Below, piece by piece: positions 30,159-41,603 of a stretch of DNA of 64,000 nucleotides. The stretch covers positions 320,001-384,000 of the forward strand of contig CAWGLD010000004.1 in the NCBI GenBank assembly GCA_963823335.1. The letters run 5' to 3'. The notes under the pieces are model-generated. The model ran no database searches and had not been told where the DNA came from. It saw only the letters and a program-made list of their open reading frames with translations. The stretch's first letter is position 1; the number at the start of each line of letters is the position of its first letter. Position numbers and translations under genes: made by a program. Source of the stretch: an uncultured delta proteobacterium (GTDB lineage: Bacteria; Desulfobacterota; Desulfobacteria; Desulfobacterales; B30-G6).

Positions 30159-31262
30159 TTATCGATGCTCTGGGAACAACCTCAATATATCCGCCTCGTC
30201 AGCCTTGCAGACGCCCCTCTCCGTTATAAGCCCGGAAACGAGTCTTGCCGGGGTTACGTCAAATGCAGGGTTGGCCGCTGGGCTGTCAGAAGGGGCAATC
30301 AGGACCTTCCTGGAGGACCCCGCATGATCTCCCTGGACATACCGGACTTCGTCCGGGTCTCTTTCTTCGATGGGAATATCCTTCAAGCCATTGGATGCCT
30401 GCCAGTCAAAGGTGCTGGATGGCAAAGCCACGTAAAAAGGTATCTCATTGTCTTTGGCGGCCAGGGCTTTTAGATAGGTTCCGATCTTGTTGGCCACATC
30501 TCCGGTCCGGGTGGTTCGGTCGGTACCCACAATTACCATGTCCACCATCCCATGCTGCATGAGATGACCACCGGCGTTGTCTGTCACGACAGTGTGTCTG
30601 ACGCCGTGTTTTCCCAGTTCCCATGCCGTAAGTCTGGCACCCTGGTTCAAGGGGCGCGTCTCATCGACCCAGACATGCACATCAATTCCCTTGTCAAAGG
30701 CCGCGTAGATGGGGGCGGTTGCCGTGCCGTATTCGACACATGCCAGCCAGCCGGCATTGCAATGCGTGAGGACATGCACCGTATCACCGTTTTTTGCCTC
30801 GCTGACGGCCTTGATCAGCCTCAGACCCGCTTCACCGATCTGCCGACAGTTCTCCGCTTCCTGTTCAGTGATGCGCGCGGCTGCCGCTTTGGCTGTCGCT
30901 GTTTTATCTGCCATGGTCTTTTTTTGGGCCACTTCCGTCAAAACCTTGTCAATGGCCCAGGAAAGATTGACTGCCGTGGGTCTGGCTGATTTGATCCGAT
31001 CACATTCTTTCAAAAAAAAGGCTTCATCACCTGAAGACACCCTTGTATTCAAGGCAGCCACATAAACACCGTATGCACCTGTGGCTCCGATGAGGGGCGC
31101 CCCCCGGACATACATATCCTGGATGGCGGTGATCACTTTGTCCACTGTTGTGAGTTCTGTGATGACCAGCCTGTGGGGCAGTTGTCGCTGATCGATGACC
31201 TTTACCGTTTGGCAGGTCTCATCCAGCCAGATAGGCCGCATCTGTCTGCCGTCTACTTTCAT
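30159..31262 (-). CDS. mtnA: S-methyl-5-thioribose-1-phosphate isomerase
   Basis: VRGAPLIG, RPTAVNL, THCNAG, ETRP and NPAFDVTP motifs. Confidence 0.95.
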   Translation of the reverse strand: MKVDGRQMRPIWLDETCQTVKVIDQRQLPHRLVITELTTVDKVITAIQDMYVRGAPLIGATGAYGVYVAALNTRVSSGDEAFFLKECDRIKSARPTAVNLSWAIDKVLTEVAQKKTMADKTATAKAAAARITEQEAENCRQIGEAGLRLIKAVSEAKNGDTVHVLTHCNAGWLACVEYGTATAPIYAAFDKGIDVHVWVDETRPLNQGARLTAWELGKHGVRHTVVTDNAGGHLMQHGMVDMVIVGTDRTTRTGDVANKIGTYLKALAAKDNEIPFYVALPSSTFDWQASNGLKDIPIEERDPDEVRYVQGDHAGSSRKVLIAPSDSPAANPAFDVTPARLVSGLITERGVCKADEADILRLFPEHR

Positions 31263-31792
31263 GCCTTCACCACCGTAAAGCCCTGAGGTTGCAGCCCAGT
31301 AGACGATGGGGTCCCGGCAATCTTGGATAGATACACGTCACCCAGTTTGTCGATGTGTTCCTTAACATTGTCAAAATAATTAAAATGTGCCTGCTCGTCA
31401 TCAATAATCTCCTCAAAAAGCTTCATGCTGATACTGTCACCATTTTCTCTGCAAACCAGAAGAAACTGATTGTAAGCATCTATGGCGTCGTCCTCTTGAG
31501 CGGTGTCGTGTTTGAAGATGATCTCCACGGCCTGGCCTTTAACCACAGGACCAGCGCTTTCGCTCGTTGGTTCCCCTCCGAGCTCCTTGATACGTTCAGC
31601 AAACATCTCGGAATGTCTCATTTCATCTAGAGCGATCAGCTTTAAATTGGCAGCCATTTCACCATAATCCATATCATCCAGGTTGTAATGCTGATTCATA
31701 TACTGATGTATTGCCTGGAGCTCCATGGCTCTTGCTTTGTTTAAAACTTCGACAACCTTTGCCCTTCTCTTTTCCTTACTGGTCTTGTTCAT
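31259..31792 (-). CDS. bfr: Bacterioferritin
   Basis: ELQAIHQY, DEMRH (heme-ligand Met plus ferroxidase residues) and DEQAH motifs. Confidence 0.9.
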   Translation of the reverse strand: MNKTSKEKRRAKVVEVLNKARAMELQAIHQYMNQHYNLDDMDYGEMAANLKLIALDEMRHSEMFAERIKELGGEPTSESAGPVVKGQAVEIIFKHDTAQEDDAIDAYNQFLLVCRENGDSISMKLFEEIIDDEQAHFNYFDNVKEHIDKLGDVYLSKIAGTPSSTGLQPQGFTVVKA

Positions 31793-31819
31793 TAAATACC
31801 TCCTTTCATTAAAACACCC

Positions 31820-33319
31820 CTAACGATCTTGCAGGCCGGGTCGCTTATCAAACCAGGGCTTTTCCTCTTCCAACTGTCTGGCCAAACGAAATAGTGTTGC
31901 TTCATCCCCCATGGGTGCCATGAACTGCATACCGCAGGGAAGACCATCCGATGTCCATTGCAGGGGCACAGACATGGCCGGCTGACCCGTAAAATTGGCC
32001 AGCTGGGTAAAGGGTGTCTTGGCCAGGTTTTCCATGGCCAGTTTTTCCACGATACCGCTTCGCTTCAAGAGCTTTCCCAGGCCAAGTTTGCTCACCATCC
32101 TCAAGGCAGTCTTTTCAAGTGGTTTCAATTTTAGTGCCCCCACGCGAATGGGCGGATAAGCCATGGTGGGGGTCAAATAAATATCGTATTTCTCGTGAAA
32201 CCGGGCCATCACCCTGGATGCCTGACCCCACTGGCGGATCGCTTTGACAAAGGAAAATGCCGATGTCGCCTTCCCCAGCATGCCAAGCGTCCATGTGAGG
32301 GTTTCGACATCGTCCGGACATGCCTTACGGCCCAGTACACCCCCGAGCTCATCAATATCGGCTGCCACTTCCCCGAAATACATGGAGAGATAGCTCAGGG
32401 CCAGGGAGCGGCCGTCGATTTCCGGCACATCCTCATCCACATCATGCCCCAGCTTTTGAAGCATCAGGGCCGTTTCCAGGGTTGCCTTGACAATATCCGG
32501 ATGAACAGTCGTTTCCAGAGGCGACTGAGAGTTAAAAGCAATTCGCAGTTTCCCAGGCTCCCGCTCGATCTCATCCATATAAGGTCTCTCGGGCTGCTGG
32601 ATAATATAGGGTGCACCCAGGTCGGGGGCACAGGTGGCATCCAGCATGGCGGCACTGTCTCTGACACTTCGCGTGATGACATGCTCGATAGCAGCCCCCT
32701 CCCACAGCTCGCCGTAATCCGGTCCGGTGGGGGTCCTGCCGCGGGTCGGTTTCAGACCGAAAAGTCCACAGCAGGAAGAGGGAATGCGCATGGACCCCCC
32801 GCCGTCGCCGCCGGATGCCAGGGGCACCATACCGCTGGCAACAGCTGCTGCCGATCCCCCGCTGGAGCCCCCCGGCGTGTGATCGGTATTCCATGGGTTG
32901 CGGGTCGGTCCATGCAATTCCGGTTCTGTATAGGCCACCAGGCCGAATTCAGGGGTGTTGGTTTTTCCCAGCACATTGACACCCGCCGCCTTGAACCGTT
33001 TTACCAGTTCGCTGTCATAGTCCGGTATGTAGTTGCGAAGCCCCCTGCATCCGTAGGTTAATGGTACGCCCGCATATGCCGCCATCAGGTCCTTCAGTAA
33101 AAAGGGAACGCCGGCAAAAGGACCTTCGGGTGTCATTTCCTTGACCACCGCCCTTGCCCTGTCAAACATGGGTGTAATGACAGCGTTGATTTCAGGATTG
33201 AGGGCTTCAATCCTCTCGATGGCCGCTTCACACAACTCAGCGGGTGTTACCTCTTTTTTCCGAACCAGGTCACCCAGCCCCAGACCGTCATATTGCTCAT
33301 ATTCTTTGAAATTTCCCAT
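31820..33319 (-). CDS. Amidase-signature family protein
   Basis: [28 protein letters not shown] and DGGGSMRIP motifs. Confidence 0.95.
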   Translation of the reverse strand: MGNFKEYEQYDGLGLGDLVRKKEVTPAELCEAAIERIEALNPEINAVITPMFDRARAVVKEMTPEGPFAGVPFLLKDLMAAYAGVPLTYGCRGLRNYIPDYDSELVKRFKAAGVNVLGKTNTPEFGLVAYTEPELHGPTRNPWNTDHTPGGSSGGSAAAVASGMVPLASGGDGGGSMRIPSSCCGLFGLKPTRGRTPTGPDYGELWEGAAIEHVITRSVRDSAAMLDATCAPDLGAPYIIQQPERPYMDEIEREPGKLRIAFNSQSPLETTVHPDIVKATLETALMLQKLGHDVDEDVPEIDGRSLALSYLSMYFGEVAADIDELGGVLGRKACPDDVETLTWTLGMLGKATSAFSFVKAIRQWGQASRVMARFHEKYDIYLTPTMAYPPIRVGALKLKPLEKTALRMVSKLGLGKLLKRSGIVEKLAMENLAKTPFTQLANFTGQPAMSVPLQWTSDGLPCGMQFMAPMGDEATLFRLARQLEEEKPWFDKRPGLQDR

Positions 33320-33506
33320 TCATACCCCCTTTAACCAGATTTGTTTTCTATATCCGAGTCTTTTTTTCACATGCTTCCAATTTCGAACAGCAGAAGTAAG
33401 ATAAAACACTTCGAAATTCGATATTACTTGTTCGACATTCTGCGGTTCGTTTTGAAAAAAAGCTTACGTTAACGGCATTGGGTTTAAAAGGTTATTTAAT
33501 TGCAGA

Positions 33507-34340
33507 TTACAACCCTTTCCCTGCCAGGCCCAGGTAATATTCCATTTCTTCCATTTTCCCACGTTTTTTACATCCCGAGGCATATATCTCACACTTGTTT
33601 TGCAGCACAGTCAGTGCCGCTGCTTTTTGATCATGGGAAAGGGAGCCGCTTTCCAAAAGCTTTATTATGGATTGAATGCGATACTTGTCCAAACCGATAT
33701 TGGATGACAGCTGATCGGCATGTCCTCCCCTTTTGATGACCAACGGTTGGTCAATCAGAAAAATCGGTATGCTGACACCAACCCTGAGCCAAAGATCGTA
33801 ATCCTCACAGGCCGGCAGATTCTCATCAAATACCCCCACCGTCTCAAAAAGACGTTTCCTGATCATAACCGCCGAAGGACTCACCAGGCACAGCCCGAGG
33901 GACCGTTCAAAAAAATAGCCCGATTGTTTCCGATGGCGGTTTTTGGGATGGATCCGCCGTCCATTCCTGATCCATGTTTCCTGGGTCTGGCAAACCAGCG
34001 CCTCGGGATTCGCCTGAAAAAATGTGACCTGCGCGGAAAGCTTTTCAGGCAGCCAAAGGTCGTCTGAATCAAGAAATGCTATCAACTCTCCCTTGGACGA
34101 TGCAATGCCTCTGTTCCGGGCGGCACTGACACCGCGGTTCTGTTGGGTAATGACGGTAATGTCTTGGTATCGGGATAAGTGCTTTCCCGTATCGTCCTCA
34201 GACCCGTCGTCAACAACAATCAGTTCATATCTCTCATAGGTCTGTGAAAAGACCGAATCAACAGCATCATTCAGACACCAGCCTCTGTTATGGGTAGGGA
34301 CTATCACACTGACCATTGGGTCTTCAGTACGACGTATCAT
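33507..34340 (-). CDS. Glycosyltransferase family 2
   Basis: VVDDGS, AARNRG, FLDSDD and EDYDLW motifs. Confidence 0.93.
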   Translation of the reverse strand: MIRRTEDPMVSVIVPTHNRGWCLNDAVDSVFSQTYERYELIVVDDGSEDDTGKHLSRYQDITVITQQNRGVSAARNRGIASSKGELIAFLDSDDLWLPEKLSAQVTFFQANPEALVCQTQETWIRNGRRIHPKNRHRKQSGYFFERSLGLCLVSPSAVMIRKRLFETVGVFDENLPACEDYDLWLRVGVSIPIFLIDQPLVIKRGGHADQLSSNIGLDKYRIQSIIKLLESGSLSHDQKAAALTVLQNKCEIYASGCKKRGKMEEMEYYLGLAGKGL

Positions 34341-34630
34341 GGATTTAACTACTCGATCTGCTTATATTCTATTTCGTAAGATTCGCAATCTGCCATATTC
34401 CAATATCTGTGCCTGTTTGACAAGCCGGATTTAATGAAATCCGGATAAAGTCTTGCATTCGTCAACCAGGTTTGGTAATTTTTTGCTATGGCACGCTTAT
34501 GTATTGCCATTCCTTCATTACATTTCAATCGTTAATGAAAGGAGGTTGATAATTCTTGCTCTTCGATCAAACCATGGCAGATTTTTTACGCCGAGTCCCA
34601 TTCAAACCATATAAACTCAAGGAGGTCGAG

Positions 34631-35608
34631 ATGAAAAAAACCATTATTCTAAGTATTGCACTTCTCTTCGCATTTGTTCTGTTGATAGAAGCTCCGCCCG
34701 CCCAGGCGGCTGATCAGACATTCGTCACTATCGGCACCGGCGGTGTAACCGGTGTTTATTACCCCACGGGAGGTGCCATCTGCCGCCTGGTCAACAAGGG
34801 CCGCAAGGAACACAACATCCGCTGCTCCGTTGAAGCCACCGGGGGCTCCGTCTACAACCTGAACGCCATTGCCGCCGGAGAGCTGGACATGGGCGTTGCC
34901 CAGTCCGACTGGCAGTATCATGCCTACTACGGTACCGACAAGTTTGCGGAGCAGGGCCCCAACAAGGACCTGCGCGCCGTCTTCTCCGTGCATCCCGAGC
35001 CATTTACGGTAGTAGCCCGTGCCGGGGCCGGTGTAAAGAGATTTCAGGACCTCAAGGGAAAACGGGTCAATGTCGGCAATCCCGGTTCCGGTCAGCGCGG
35101 CACCATGGAAGTCGTCATGGATGCCCTGGGCTGGACCATGGCTGATTTCAAACTGGCATCCGAGCTGAAACCCGCCGAACAAGCCGGTGCCCTGTGTGAC
35201 AACAAGATCGATGCCATGGTTTATACCGTGGGACATCCCAACGGCTCTATCCAGGAAGCGACCACCACCTGTGATTCCGTCATGGTGGAAGTTGCCGGCC
35301 CCGAAGTGGATAAACTGGTCAAGGATAACGATTATTACCGCAAAGCCATTATTCCCGGCGGCATGTATCGCGGGACGCCCGACGACACCCAGACATTCGG
35401 TGTGGGCGCCACCTTTGTTTCTTCCGCCAAAGTTCCGAATGAAGTCATTTACACTGTAGTCAAGGCCGTATTCGAAAACTTCGAAGATTTCAAGAAACTC
35501 CATCCGGCCTTTGAAAATCTGAAAAAAGAAGAGATGATCAAGGACGGGCTTTCTGCACCCTTGCATGACGGTGCAGTGAAATACTACAAAGAAGCCGGGT
35601 TGATGTAG
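34631..35608 (+). CDS. TAXI-family TRAP transporter solute-binding subunit
   Basis: [20 protein letters not shown] and PLHDGA motifs; ggagg RBS. Confidence 0.95.
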   Translation: MKKTIILSIALLFAFVLLIEAPPAQAADQTFVTIGTGGVTGVYYPTGGAICRLVNKGRKEHNIRCSVEATGGSVYNLNAIAAGELDMGVAQSDWQYHAYYGTDKFAEQGPNKDLRAVFSVHPEPFTVVARAGAGVKRFQDLKGKRVNVGNPGSGQRGTMEVVMDALGWTMADFKLASELKPAEQAGALCDNKIDAMVYTVGHPNGSIQEATTTCDSVMVEVAGPEVDKLVKDNDYYRKAIIPGGMYRGTPDDTQTFGVGATFVSSAKVPNEVIYTVVKAVFENFEDFKKLHPAFENLKKEEMIKDGLSAPLHDGAVKYYKEAGLM

Positions 35609-35621
35609 TCACCGCTTAAAC

Positions 35622-35655
35622 CGGCGCGTGTGCCGATATTACGGCACACGCGCCG
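35622..35655 (+). promoter_or_regulatory. Intercistronic GC-rich hairpin (mRNA stabiliser or weak terminator)
   Basis: cggcgcgtgtgccg-atatta-cggcacacgcgccg, with no U-tract. Confidence 0.6.
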
Positions 35656-35666
35656 TAATAACCCAT

Positions 35667-35740
35667 TTAAGAACCTCGCAGCATGCGAAGAACTGCCGAA
35701 CGGCAGAAACTACGGGGAATGCGCTTGCTGTTGCGGTTCA
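35667..35740 (-). repeat. Palindromic PATE/REP-like element
   Basis: Reverse-complement match to 7521..7603. Confidence 0.7.
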
Positions 35741-35821
35741 GTCACCACCTGCGTTTTCCCTGCCGCTATCCCTTTACCGGATCTTAAGCGACATGTCCTT
35801 TATTCTTAGCGAAAAGGAATT

Positions 35822-38413
35822 GTGACAATGACCGATCCAACAAAACCCACAGAACCTGACGAAAAAGTACGGGAAATGGTTGCAGAAACAGAGACCGGCG
35901 CCAGGAACCCTACCGGTGCAATTCCCAAGAATGTGCTCTTTTACGTACCCCTCATCTGGACCCTCTTTCAACTCTGGTATGCTTCTCCCCTGCCCTTCAT
36001 ATTCAACATTTTCGTTCTAAACGATACCGAAGCCCGGGCCATACATCTGGCTTTCGCCATATTTCTGTCCTATACGGCTTATCCCACGTTCAAATCGTCA
36101 CCCAGGAGCTATATTCCAGTTCAAGATTGGCTCATGGCCCTCATCGGTGCATTCTGCGCGTCATACCTCTTTATATTTTATGTCGAGCTCTCATCACGAC
36201 CCGGCAACCCCACCCAGACAGATTTGATAGTGGCGGTTGTCGGTCTGATCATGCTTCTGGAAGCCACGCGCCGCGCATTGGGGCCGCCGTTGATGGTTGT
36301 CGCCACCCTATTTATCATCTACACCTTTTTCGGTGCCTACATGCCGGATGTTATCGCCCACAAAGGGGCCAGCCTCTCAAAAGGAATGTCTCACTATTGG
36401 CTTTCCACGGAGGGCGTATTCGGGGTAGCTCTGGGTGTTTCCAACGGCATGGTTTTCATGTTCGTGCTTTTTGGGGCGCTTCTCGAAACAGCCGGCGCGG
36501 GAAATTACTTCATCCGCACAGCCTTTGCCGCTCTTGGTCATCTCAAAGGCGGGCCCGCCAAGGCTGCCGTGGTATCATCAGGACTGACCGGCCTGGTGTC
36601 GGGTTCATCCATCGCCAATGTCGTCACCACCGGCACATTCACGATCCCCTTGATGAAAAAGGTTGGGTTCAGTCCGGAAAAAGCCGGGGCCGTGGAAGTG
36701 GCCTGCTCCACCAACGGTCAGTTGATGCCGCCGGTAATGGGAGCCGCCGCATTTCTGATGGTCGAATATGTGGGGATCTCCTATGTTGAGGTCATCAAGC
36801 ACGCCTTTCTCCCGGCCATCATCTCCTATATCGCCCTGGTCTATATTGTCCACTTGGAAGCCCTGAAAATGGGGCTCGAAGGCTTGGAAAAAAAGGTCAC
36901 CAAAACATGGGTCCAGCGGCTGTTTTCATTTGTCTTGACGATTCTCTTTATCATCATCATGGGTGGTATTACTTACTACGGCATGGGCTGGATCAAGACC
37001 TTTGCAGGCGGGGCTGCCAAGTATATCGTCGTGGTTCTTCTTGCTGCCGCCTACCTTCTGCTGCTGGCTTACGCCTGCAAAGTACCGGAACTCGAAGCCA
37101 CGCATGAAATCAACGAACTCCCGGATCTGGGCATCACAGCACAAGCAGGGTATTATTTTCTGCTGCCGATCGTGGTGCTGATGTGGTGCCTGGTGGTGGA
37201 AAGACTTTCACCGGCACTTTCGGCCTATTGGGCCACCATGCTCCTGATCTGTATCGTTATCACCCAGCATCCGCTGAAGGGTTTTTTCCGTAAAGCCAGG
37301 GGGAATGATCACACGTTCAAACGTGGATTCGGTGACCTGGTGAGAGGCCTGGTCAACGGCGCGCGCAACATGATCGGTATCGGTGTCGCAACATCCGCGG
37401 CAGGTATCGTCGTCGGGACCGTGACACTCACCGGCATCGGATTAGTGATGACTGAATTCGTCGAATTCATATCGGGTGGCAACCTGGTACTGATTCTCGG
37501 TTTTACGGCGGTCATCAGCCTGATCCTGGGCATGGGGCTGCCCACGACAGCCAATTATATCGTGGTGTCGACCCTCATGGCGCCCGTCATTGTCAGCCTG
37601 GGTGCCCAGAACGGTCTGATCGTACCCCTAATCGCCGTTCATCTTTTCGTTTTTTACTTCGGTATTCTGGCCGATGACACACCACCGGTGGGGTTGGCGG
37701 CCTTTGCCGCCGCCGGCATATCAGGAGGGGATCCCATACGGACCGGTATTCAGGGCTTTATCTACGACATCCGAACCGCCATCCTGCCCTTTATCTTCAT
37801 CTTCAACACAGAGCTGCTCTTGATCGGGGTGGGCACCTGGTTTCATCTTCTTCTGGTCATAGTAGCCAGCGTCATCGCCATGTTATGTTTTGCCGCAGGA
37901 ACCCAGGGCTACTTTCTCACCAAAAGCCGCATCTGGGAAACCGCTGCATTGCTGCTGGTTGCGTTTACCCTCTTCAGACCAGGTTTCTGGTGGGACATGG
38001 TGTTCCCCCCACTGACGGAAGAGCCTGCCGTGAAAATTGAGCAGATAGTGGAGGGAATAGAGCCCGGCACCCATATGATTCTAACGATCCAGGGGGAGAA
38101 AATGAGCGGGGATATATTTACCAAAGTCATCATGCTGCAGGTTGGGGGCGAAACGTCGGGTTTTGACAGACTTGCCGCCATCGGCATAGAACTCCGAAAA
38201 GAAGATGGCAAAGTACTGGTGGACAATGTAGTCTTTTCCAGTGCCGCGGAAAAAGCGGGGCTGGATTTCGACCAGGAAATACTGAACGTCCAGAGACCCA
38301 ACAAACGGCCTCCTAAACAACTCATGTTCATTCCGGCGGTGCTTCTCCTGGGTGTGATCTGGTTTTTTCAGAATGGCCGTCGCAAGAAGCTCAAGCCTTT
38401 GCTGGCAACCTGA
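35822..38413 (+). CDS. TRAP transporter 4TM/12TM fusion permease
   Basis: GGPAKAAV, PPVMGAAAF, GMGLPTTANY and TPPVGLAAF motifs. Confidence 0.95.
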   Translation: MTMTDPTKPTEPDEKVREMVAETETGARNPTGAIPKNVLFYVPLIWTLFQLWYASPLPFIFNIFVLNDTEARAIHLAFAIFLSYTAYPTFKSSPRSYIPVQDWLMALIGAFCASYLFIFYVELSSRPGNPTQTDLIVAVVGLIMLLEATRRALGPPLMVVATLFIIYTFFGAYMPDVIAHKGASLSKGMSHYWLSTEGVFGVALGVSNGMVFMFVLFGALLETAGAGNYFIRTAFAALGHLKGGPAKAAVVSSGLTGLVSGSSIANVVTTGTFTIPLMKKVGFSPEKAGAVEVACSTNGQLMPPVMGAAAFLMVEYVGISYVEVIKHAFLPAIISYIALVYIVHLEALKMGLEGLEKKVTKTWVQRLFSFVLTILFIIIMGGITYYGMGWIKTFAGGAAKYIVVVLLAAAYLLLLAYACKVPELEATHEINELPDLGITAQAGYYFLLPIVVLMWCLVVERLSPALSAYWATMLLICIVITQHPLKGFFRKARGNDHTFKRGFGDLVRGLVNGARNMIGIGVATSAAGIVVGTVTLTGIGLVMTEFVEFISGGNLVLILGFTAVISLILGMGLPTTANYIVVSTLMAPVIVSLGAQNGLIVPLIAVHLFVFYFGILADDTPPVGLAAFAAAGISGGDPIRTGIQGFIYDIRTAILPFIFIFNTELLLIGVGTWFHLLLVIVASVIAMLCFAAGTQGYFLTKSRIWETAALLLVAFTLFRPGFWWDMVFPPLTEEPAVKIEQIVEGIEPGTHMILTIQGEKMSGDIFTKVIMLQVGGETSGFDRLAAIGIELRKEDGKVLVDNVVFSSAAEKAGLDFDQEILNVQRPNKRPPKQLMFIPAVLLLGVIWFFQNGRRKKLKPLLAT

Positions 38414-38507
38414 TTTTTATGAAATATACTGACAGCTCTTTTACCTAAATAAGCGACAACGTCGCGTCACGTAAAATCGTCCTGCGATTTTATTATTGGA
38501 GTGGATT

Positions 38508-38948
38508 ATGTTTAAAAAGATTCTTATGCCGGTGGACATCGATTACCCGGAAGCCGCCAGAGCTGTTTACCAGGAAACTGCCAAAATTGCCGGAAGCTTT
38601 GGCGCCGAAATTAAATTACTCAGCGTTATGCCGGGCTTCGGTATGCCCATCGTGGCATCCTATATTTCGGAAGAAGTACGGAAGGATGTTTCAACCCGGT
38701 TCAAAGCGTCTGTAGCGGCATTCATTGCGGAAAATTGCGGAAAATCGTTGCCCTTCACGGTTAAAATCGGGAAAAACTGGGAAGAAATCATCAAAGCTGC
38801 TGACGAATGGGGTGCGGACCTGATTGTCGTCTACCATAACCGCCGTCATGAAATCAACGAAGTGTTCAGCAGATCCTGCTCACAGCGGGTTGCAGACAAC
38901 GCCAACTGTTCGGTACTGCGGCTTCGAAACATTCAGGGTTCGTCATAA
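38508..38948 (+). CDS. Universal stress protein
   Basis: MFKKILMPVD, ADLIVV and CSVL motifs; a typical TRAP-operon partner. Confidence 0.88.
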   Translation: MFKKILMPVDIDYPEAARAVYQETAKIAGSFGAEIKLLSVMPGFGMPIVASYISEEVRKDVSTRFKASVAAFIAENCGKSLPFTVKIGKNWEEIIKAADEWGADLIVVYHNRRHEINEVFSRSCSQRVADNANCSVLRLRNIQGSS

Positions 38949-38996
38949 CTGCACCCGGGCGCCGTCAAACTCTTTGCCGAGCAAGGATTATGGGCC

Positions 38997-39647
38997 ATGA
39001 AGTATTATCTGAAGCTACTGAGCATCATGTTGTTTTGGCTGCTGCTACTCAACATTTCACCGACCTTTTCCCAGGAAATCAAGGCGACAACAGCGGATGG
39101 AAGAGATGTCACTCTCAATCCCAACGGTACCTGGCAGTATGTAGAGCAGACTGGGACACCCTCTCGGTTGGACAGTGAGCTTCCACAGCTTTTCAAGCCA
39201 AAATCCGCCACCGCTCTCCTCAGGGGAAAGCGCGTCAAATATGGCCTGTGGTATGACCGCAGCAAATGGATCCTCGACCAAAACATCGACAACGCTTCCG
39301 CAGAATTTGAACTCACCCACGTCGAAGGTGACCGGTATATCGTGATCATTCCGGAAAGAATTCAGATTCCCCTGGAAACTTTGAGGATTGCCGCCATTGC
39401 CAACGCTAAAAAGGTCGCTCCGGATACCCGGGTATCCTTTGAGGAAAAAAGACTCGTCAACAACAAAAAATTACTCTGCCTGAAAATGGATGCGACCATC
39501 CAGGGGATACCGGTTTCCTACATCAATTACTACTATTCCGGAAAAGCCGGCGCCGTTCAACTGATGAGCTATACCGGTCAGAACCTTTTTGAGGAGTACC
39601 AGTCCGATATAATGGATCTTCTGAATGGGTTTGAGGTATACGAATAA
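38997..39647 (+). CDS. Exported hypothetical protein (DUF3157-like N-terminus)
   Basis: Signal peptide, then ATTADGRDVTLNPNGTWQY. Confidence 0.7.
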   Translation: MKYYLKLLSIMLFWLLLLNISPTFSQEIKATTADGRDVTLNPNGTWQYVEQTGTPSRLDSELPQLFKPKSATALLRGKRVKYGLWYDRSKWILDQNIDNASAEFELTHVEGDRYIVIIPERIQIPLETLRIAAIANAKKVAPDTRVSFEEKRLVNNKKLLCLKMDATIQGIPVSYINYYYSGKAGAVQLMSYTGQNLFEEYQSDIMDLLNGFEVYE

Positions 39648-39772
39648 ATTCGCGCAGCGAATTTATCTGACGCGGCTGCGCCGCTCGAACCCACGACAGC
39701 CTTTTAGGGGTTTAGGCTAAAGACTGTTAGGCTGCTTTCGGTTGATGGCTTTCAGCCACCCTCCTCAACCCT

Positions 39773-39810
39773 AATTTTGCTGAATATTTCCCGAAATATT
39801 CAGCAAAATT
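39773..39810. terminator. Long inverted repeat between convergent genes
   Basis: aattttgctgaatatttc-cc-gaaatattcagcaaaatt. Confidence 0.65.
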
Positions 39811-39811
39811 G

Positions 39812-40825
39812 TTAAAGCCCTACCCCGTCAATCAGCGCCCCGCAATATTTGCACTTGCCACCGATGATGGCGTAATTACTGACATTGAACCCCCATCGGT
39901 CGATGAGAACTTTCCCACAGGCATAACAGAAAGTCTTCTCACTCTCCTCTCCGGGGACATTGCCGGTGTAGACATATTTCAGACCGGCACGAAGACCGAT
40001 TTCGTGAGCAGTCATCAAAGTCTGAACCGATGTGGAAGGACGGTCGGTCAGCTTGTAGGTGGGATGAAACCTGCTGATGTGCCAGGGCGTATCGGTTCCT
40101 AAAGACCTTGCGATAAACCCGGCCAGATCAGCGAGCTCTTCTGGGTTGTCATTCAAACCCGGAATGATGAGTGTGGTAATTTCAAGAAAAATATCCCGGG
40201 ATTTCATGGAAACAAGCGTCTCTTTCACACCGGCCAGTCTGGCGCCACAGTATGTTTTGTAAAAGTTGTCATTGAAAGCCTTTAAGTCGACATTGGCAGC
40301 ATCCAGATACGGGGCAATCATATCCAGCGCTTCCGCTGTCATATATCCGTTCGTCACAAACAGATTCAACAAACCCTGTTCATGTGCAAGCCTGGCCGTA
40401 TCATGAGCGAATTCAAAATATATGGTCGGTTCTGTATAGGTATAGGCAATGGAGCGACAATTGTGTTCTTTGGCGGCGGCGACGATTTCGTCCGGCGTTA
40501 TGAAATTTCCGACAATTGCGCCCTGGTGGTCTGTCGGCATCTGGGCAATATCGGCATTCTGACAGAATTTACATTTAAAATTGCACCCCACCGTTGCAAT
40601 GGAATAGGAAAGACTGCCCGGATAAAAATGAAATAGCGGTTTTTTCTCGATGGGATCTACATGTCGCGCCACCACCTTCCCATATACCAGCGATACGAGC
40701 GTGCCGTCGCTATTCTGCCTGACGTGGCAGATACCACGTTTATTGTTCTTGATCAGGCAGCGGTGATGGCACAGGTTGCACCGTACTTGCTTGTCCGCCA
40801 GACTGTCGAAAAGATAGGCTTTCAT
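39812..40825 (-). CDS. amrS: AmmeMemoRadiSam system radical SAM enzyme
   Basis: CNLCHHRC, DPIEKKPLFHF, GCNFKCKFCQN and YTYTEP motifs. Confidence 0.93.
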   Translation of the reverse strand: MKAYLFDSLADKQVRCNLCHHRCLIKNNKRGICHVRQNSDGTLVSLVYGKVVARHVDPIEKKPLFHFYPGSLSYSIATVGCNFKCKFCQNADIAQMPTDHQGAIVGNFITPDEIVAAAKEHNCRSIAYTYTEPTIYFEFAHDTARLAHEQGLLNLFVTNGYMTAEALDMIAPYLDAANVDLKAFNDNFYKTYCGARLAGVKETLVSMKSRDIFLEITTLIIPGLNDNPEELADLAGFIARSLGTDTPWHISRFHPTYKLTDRPSTSVQTLMTAHEIGLRAGLKYVYTGNVPGEESEKTFCYACGKVLIDRWGFNVSNYAIIGGKCKYCGALIDGVGL

Positions 40826-40853
40826 GATTTTTTCAGGGTTTTAGGTTTTAAGA

Positions 40854-41603
40854 TCAGTTAGTTACCACGCCAGTCGACTGCCTTGGCTTGTGACGCAATG
40901 TCATGGGCCGAGTTCTGAATCGGGGAACCAGGGAGGCCACCAGGCCAGCAAAAGTGCCAAAAGGAAAGCGTTGAATGATCTCCGACTTCTCTATACTGCC
41001 GATGACCTTCCCGGATGACACAGGAAACTGGCTCACGGTACGCCAGGAAATTGGGACCGTTTCGCCCAGGATCTCGCGAATCATGTATTTTAGTTCCCAG
41101 ACACTGTAAAATTGCGCCCGATTATAGATGGTATGGTGAAAAATACCTCTCAGGCGTCGCTCGATTCCTTTGAGTGCATAGCGGTTCATGACACCTAAAA
41201 AAATACGGTCTTTTGCCACCCGGCAAGCTTCTGATATGGCTTTCAAGGGATCTTCCACGAACTCCAGTGTGGTTACCAGGCTGGCATGGTTGAATGAATT
41301 GTCATCAAAGGGAAGATCTTCGGCATATCCCCGATAAAATTCGACCCGATGACCGAACTGTTTCATGGCGATATCGAGCATATAGGGGGAAGGATCGATG
41401 CCCGTGACCTGCAGACCTTTTTCATAAAAGGGTTTGATGCTGGCACCACAGCCGCATCCGATATCGAGCAGGGATTCGCCTCGAATCGGTTTCAACATAT
41501 CGATCATGAGGCAGTTCTCGAGATCGGCTTCGGTTCTGCTACGCGTCTTCAGCACCCATTCTTCATAGGCGCGTGCATCATTAAAATTGAATACATAACC
41601 CAT
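40854..41603 (-). CDS. Class I SAM-dependent methyltransferase
   Basis: LLDIGCGCG and AEDLPFDDNSF motifs. Confidence 0.9.
   Translation of the reverse strand: MGYVFNFNDARAYEEWVLKTRSRTEADLENCLMIDMLKPIRGESLLDIGCGCGASIKPFYEKGLQVTGIDPSPYMLDIAMKQFGHRVEFYRGYAEDLPFDDNSFNHASLVTTLEFVEDPLKAISEACRVAKDRIFLGVMNRYALKGIERRLRGIFHHTIYNRAQFYSVWELKYMIREILGETVPISWRTVSQFPVSSGKVIGSIEKSEIIQRFPFGTFAGLVASLVPRFRTRPMTLRHKPRQSTGVVTN

Noticed and set aside
34489-34510. Sigma54 promoter before the TAXI operon (tggcacgcttatgta)
   Set aside because: There is no GC at the -12 position with correct spacing, and a sigma70-like ttgcat-N17-taattt lies just upstream.
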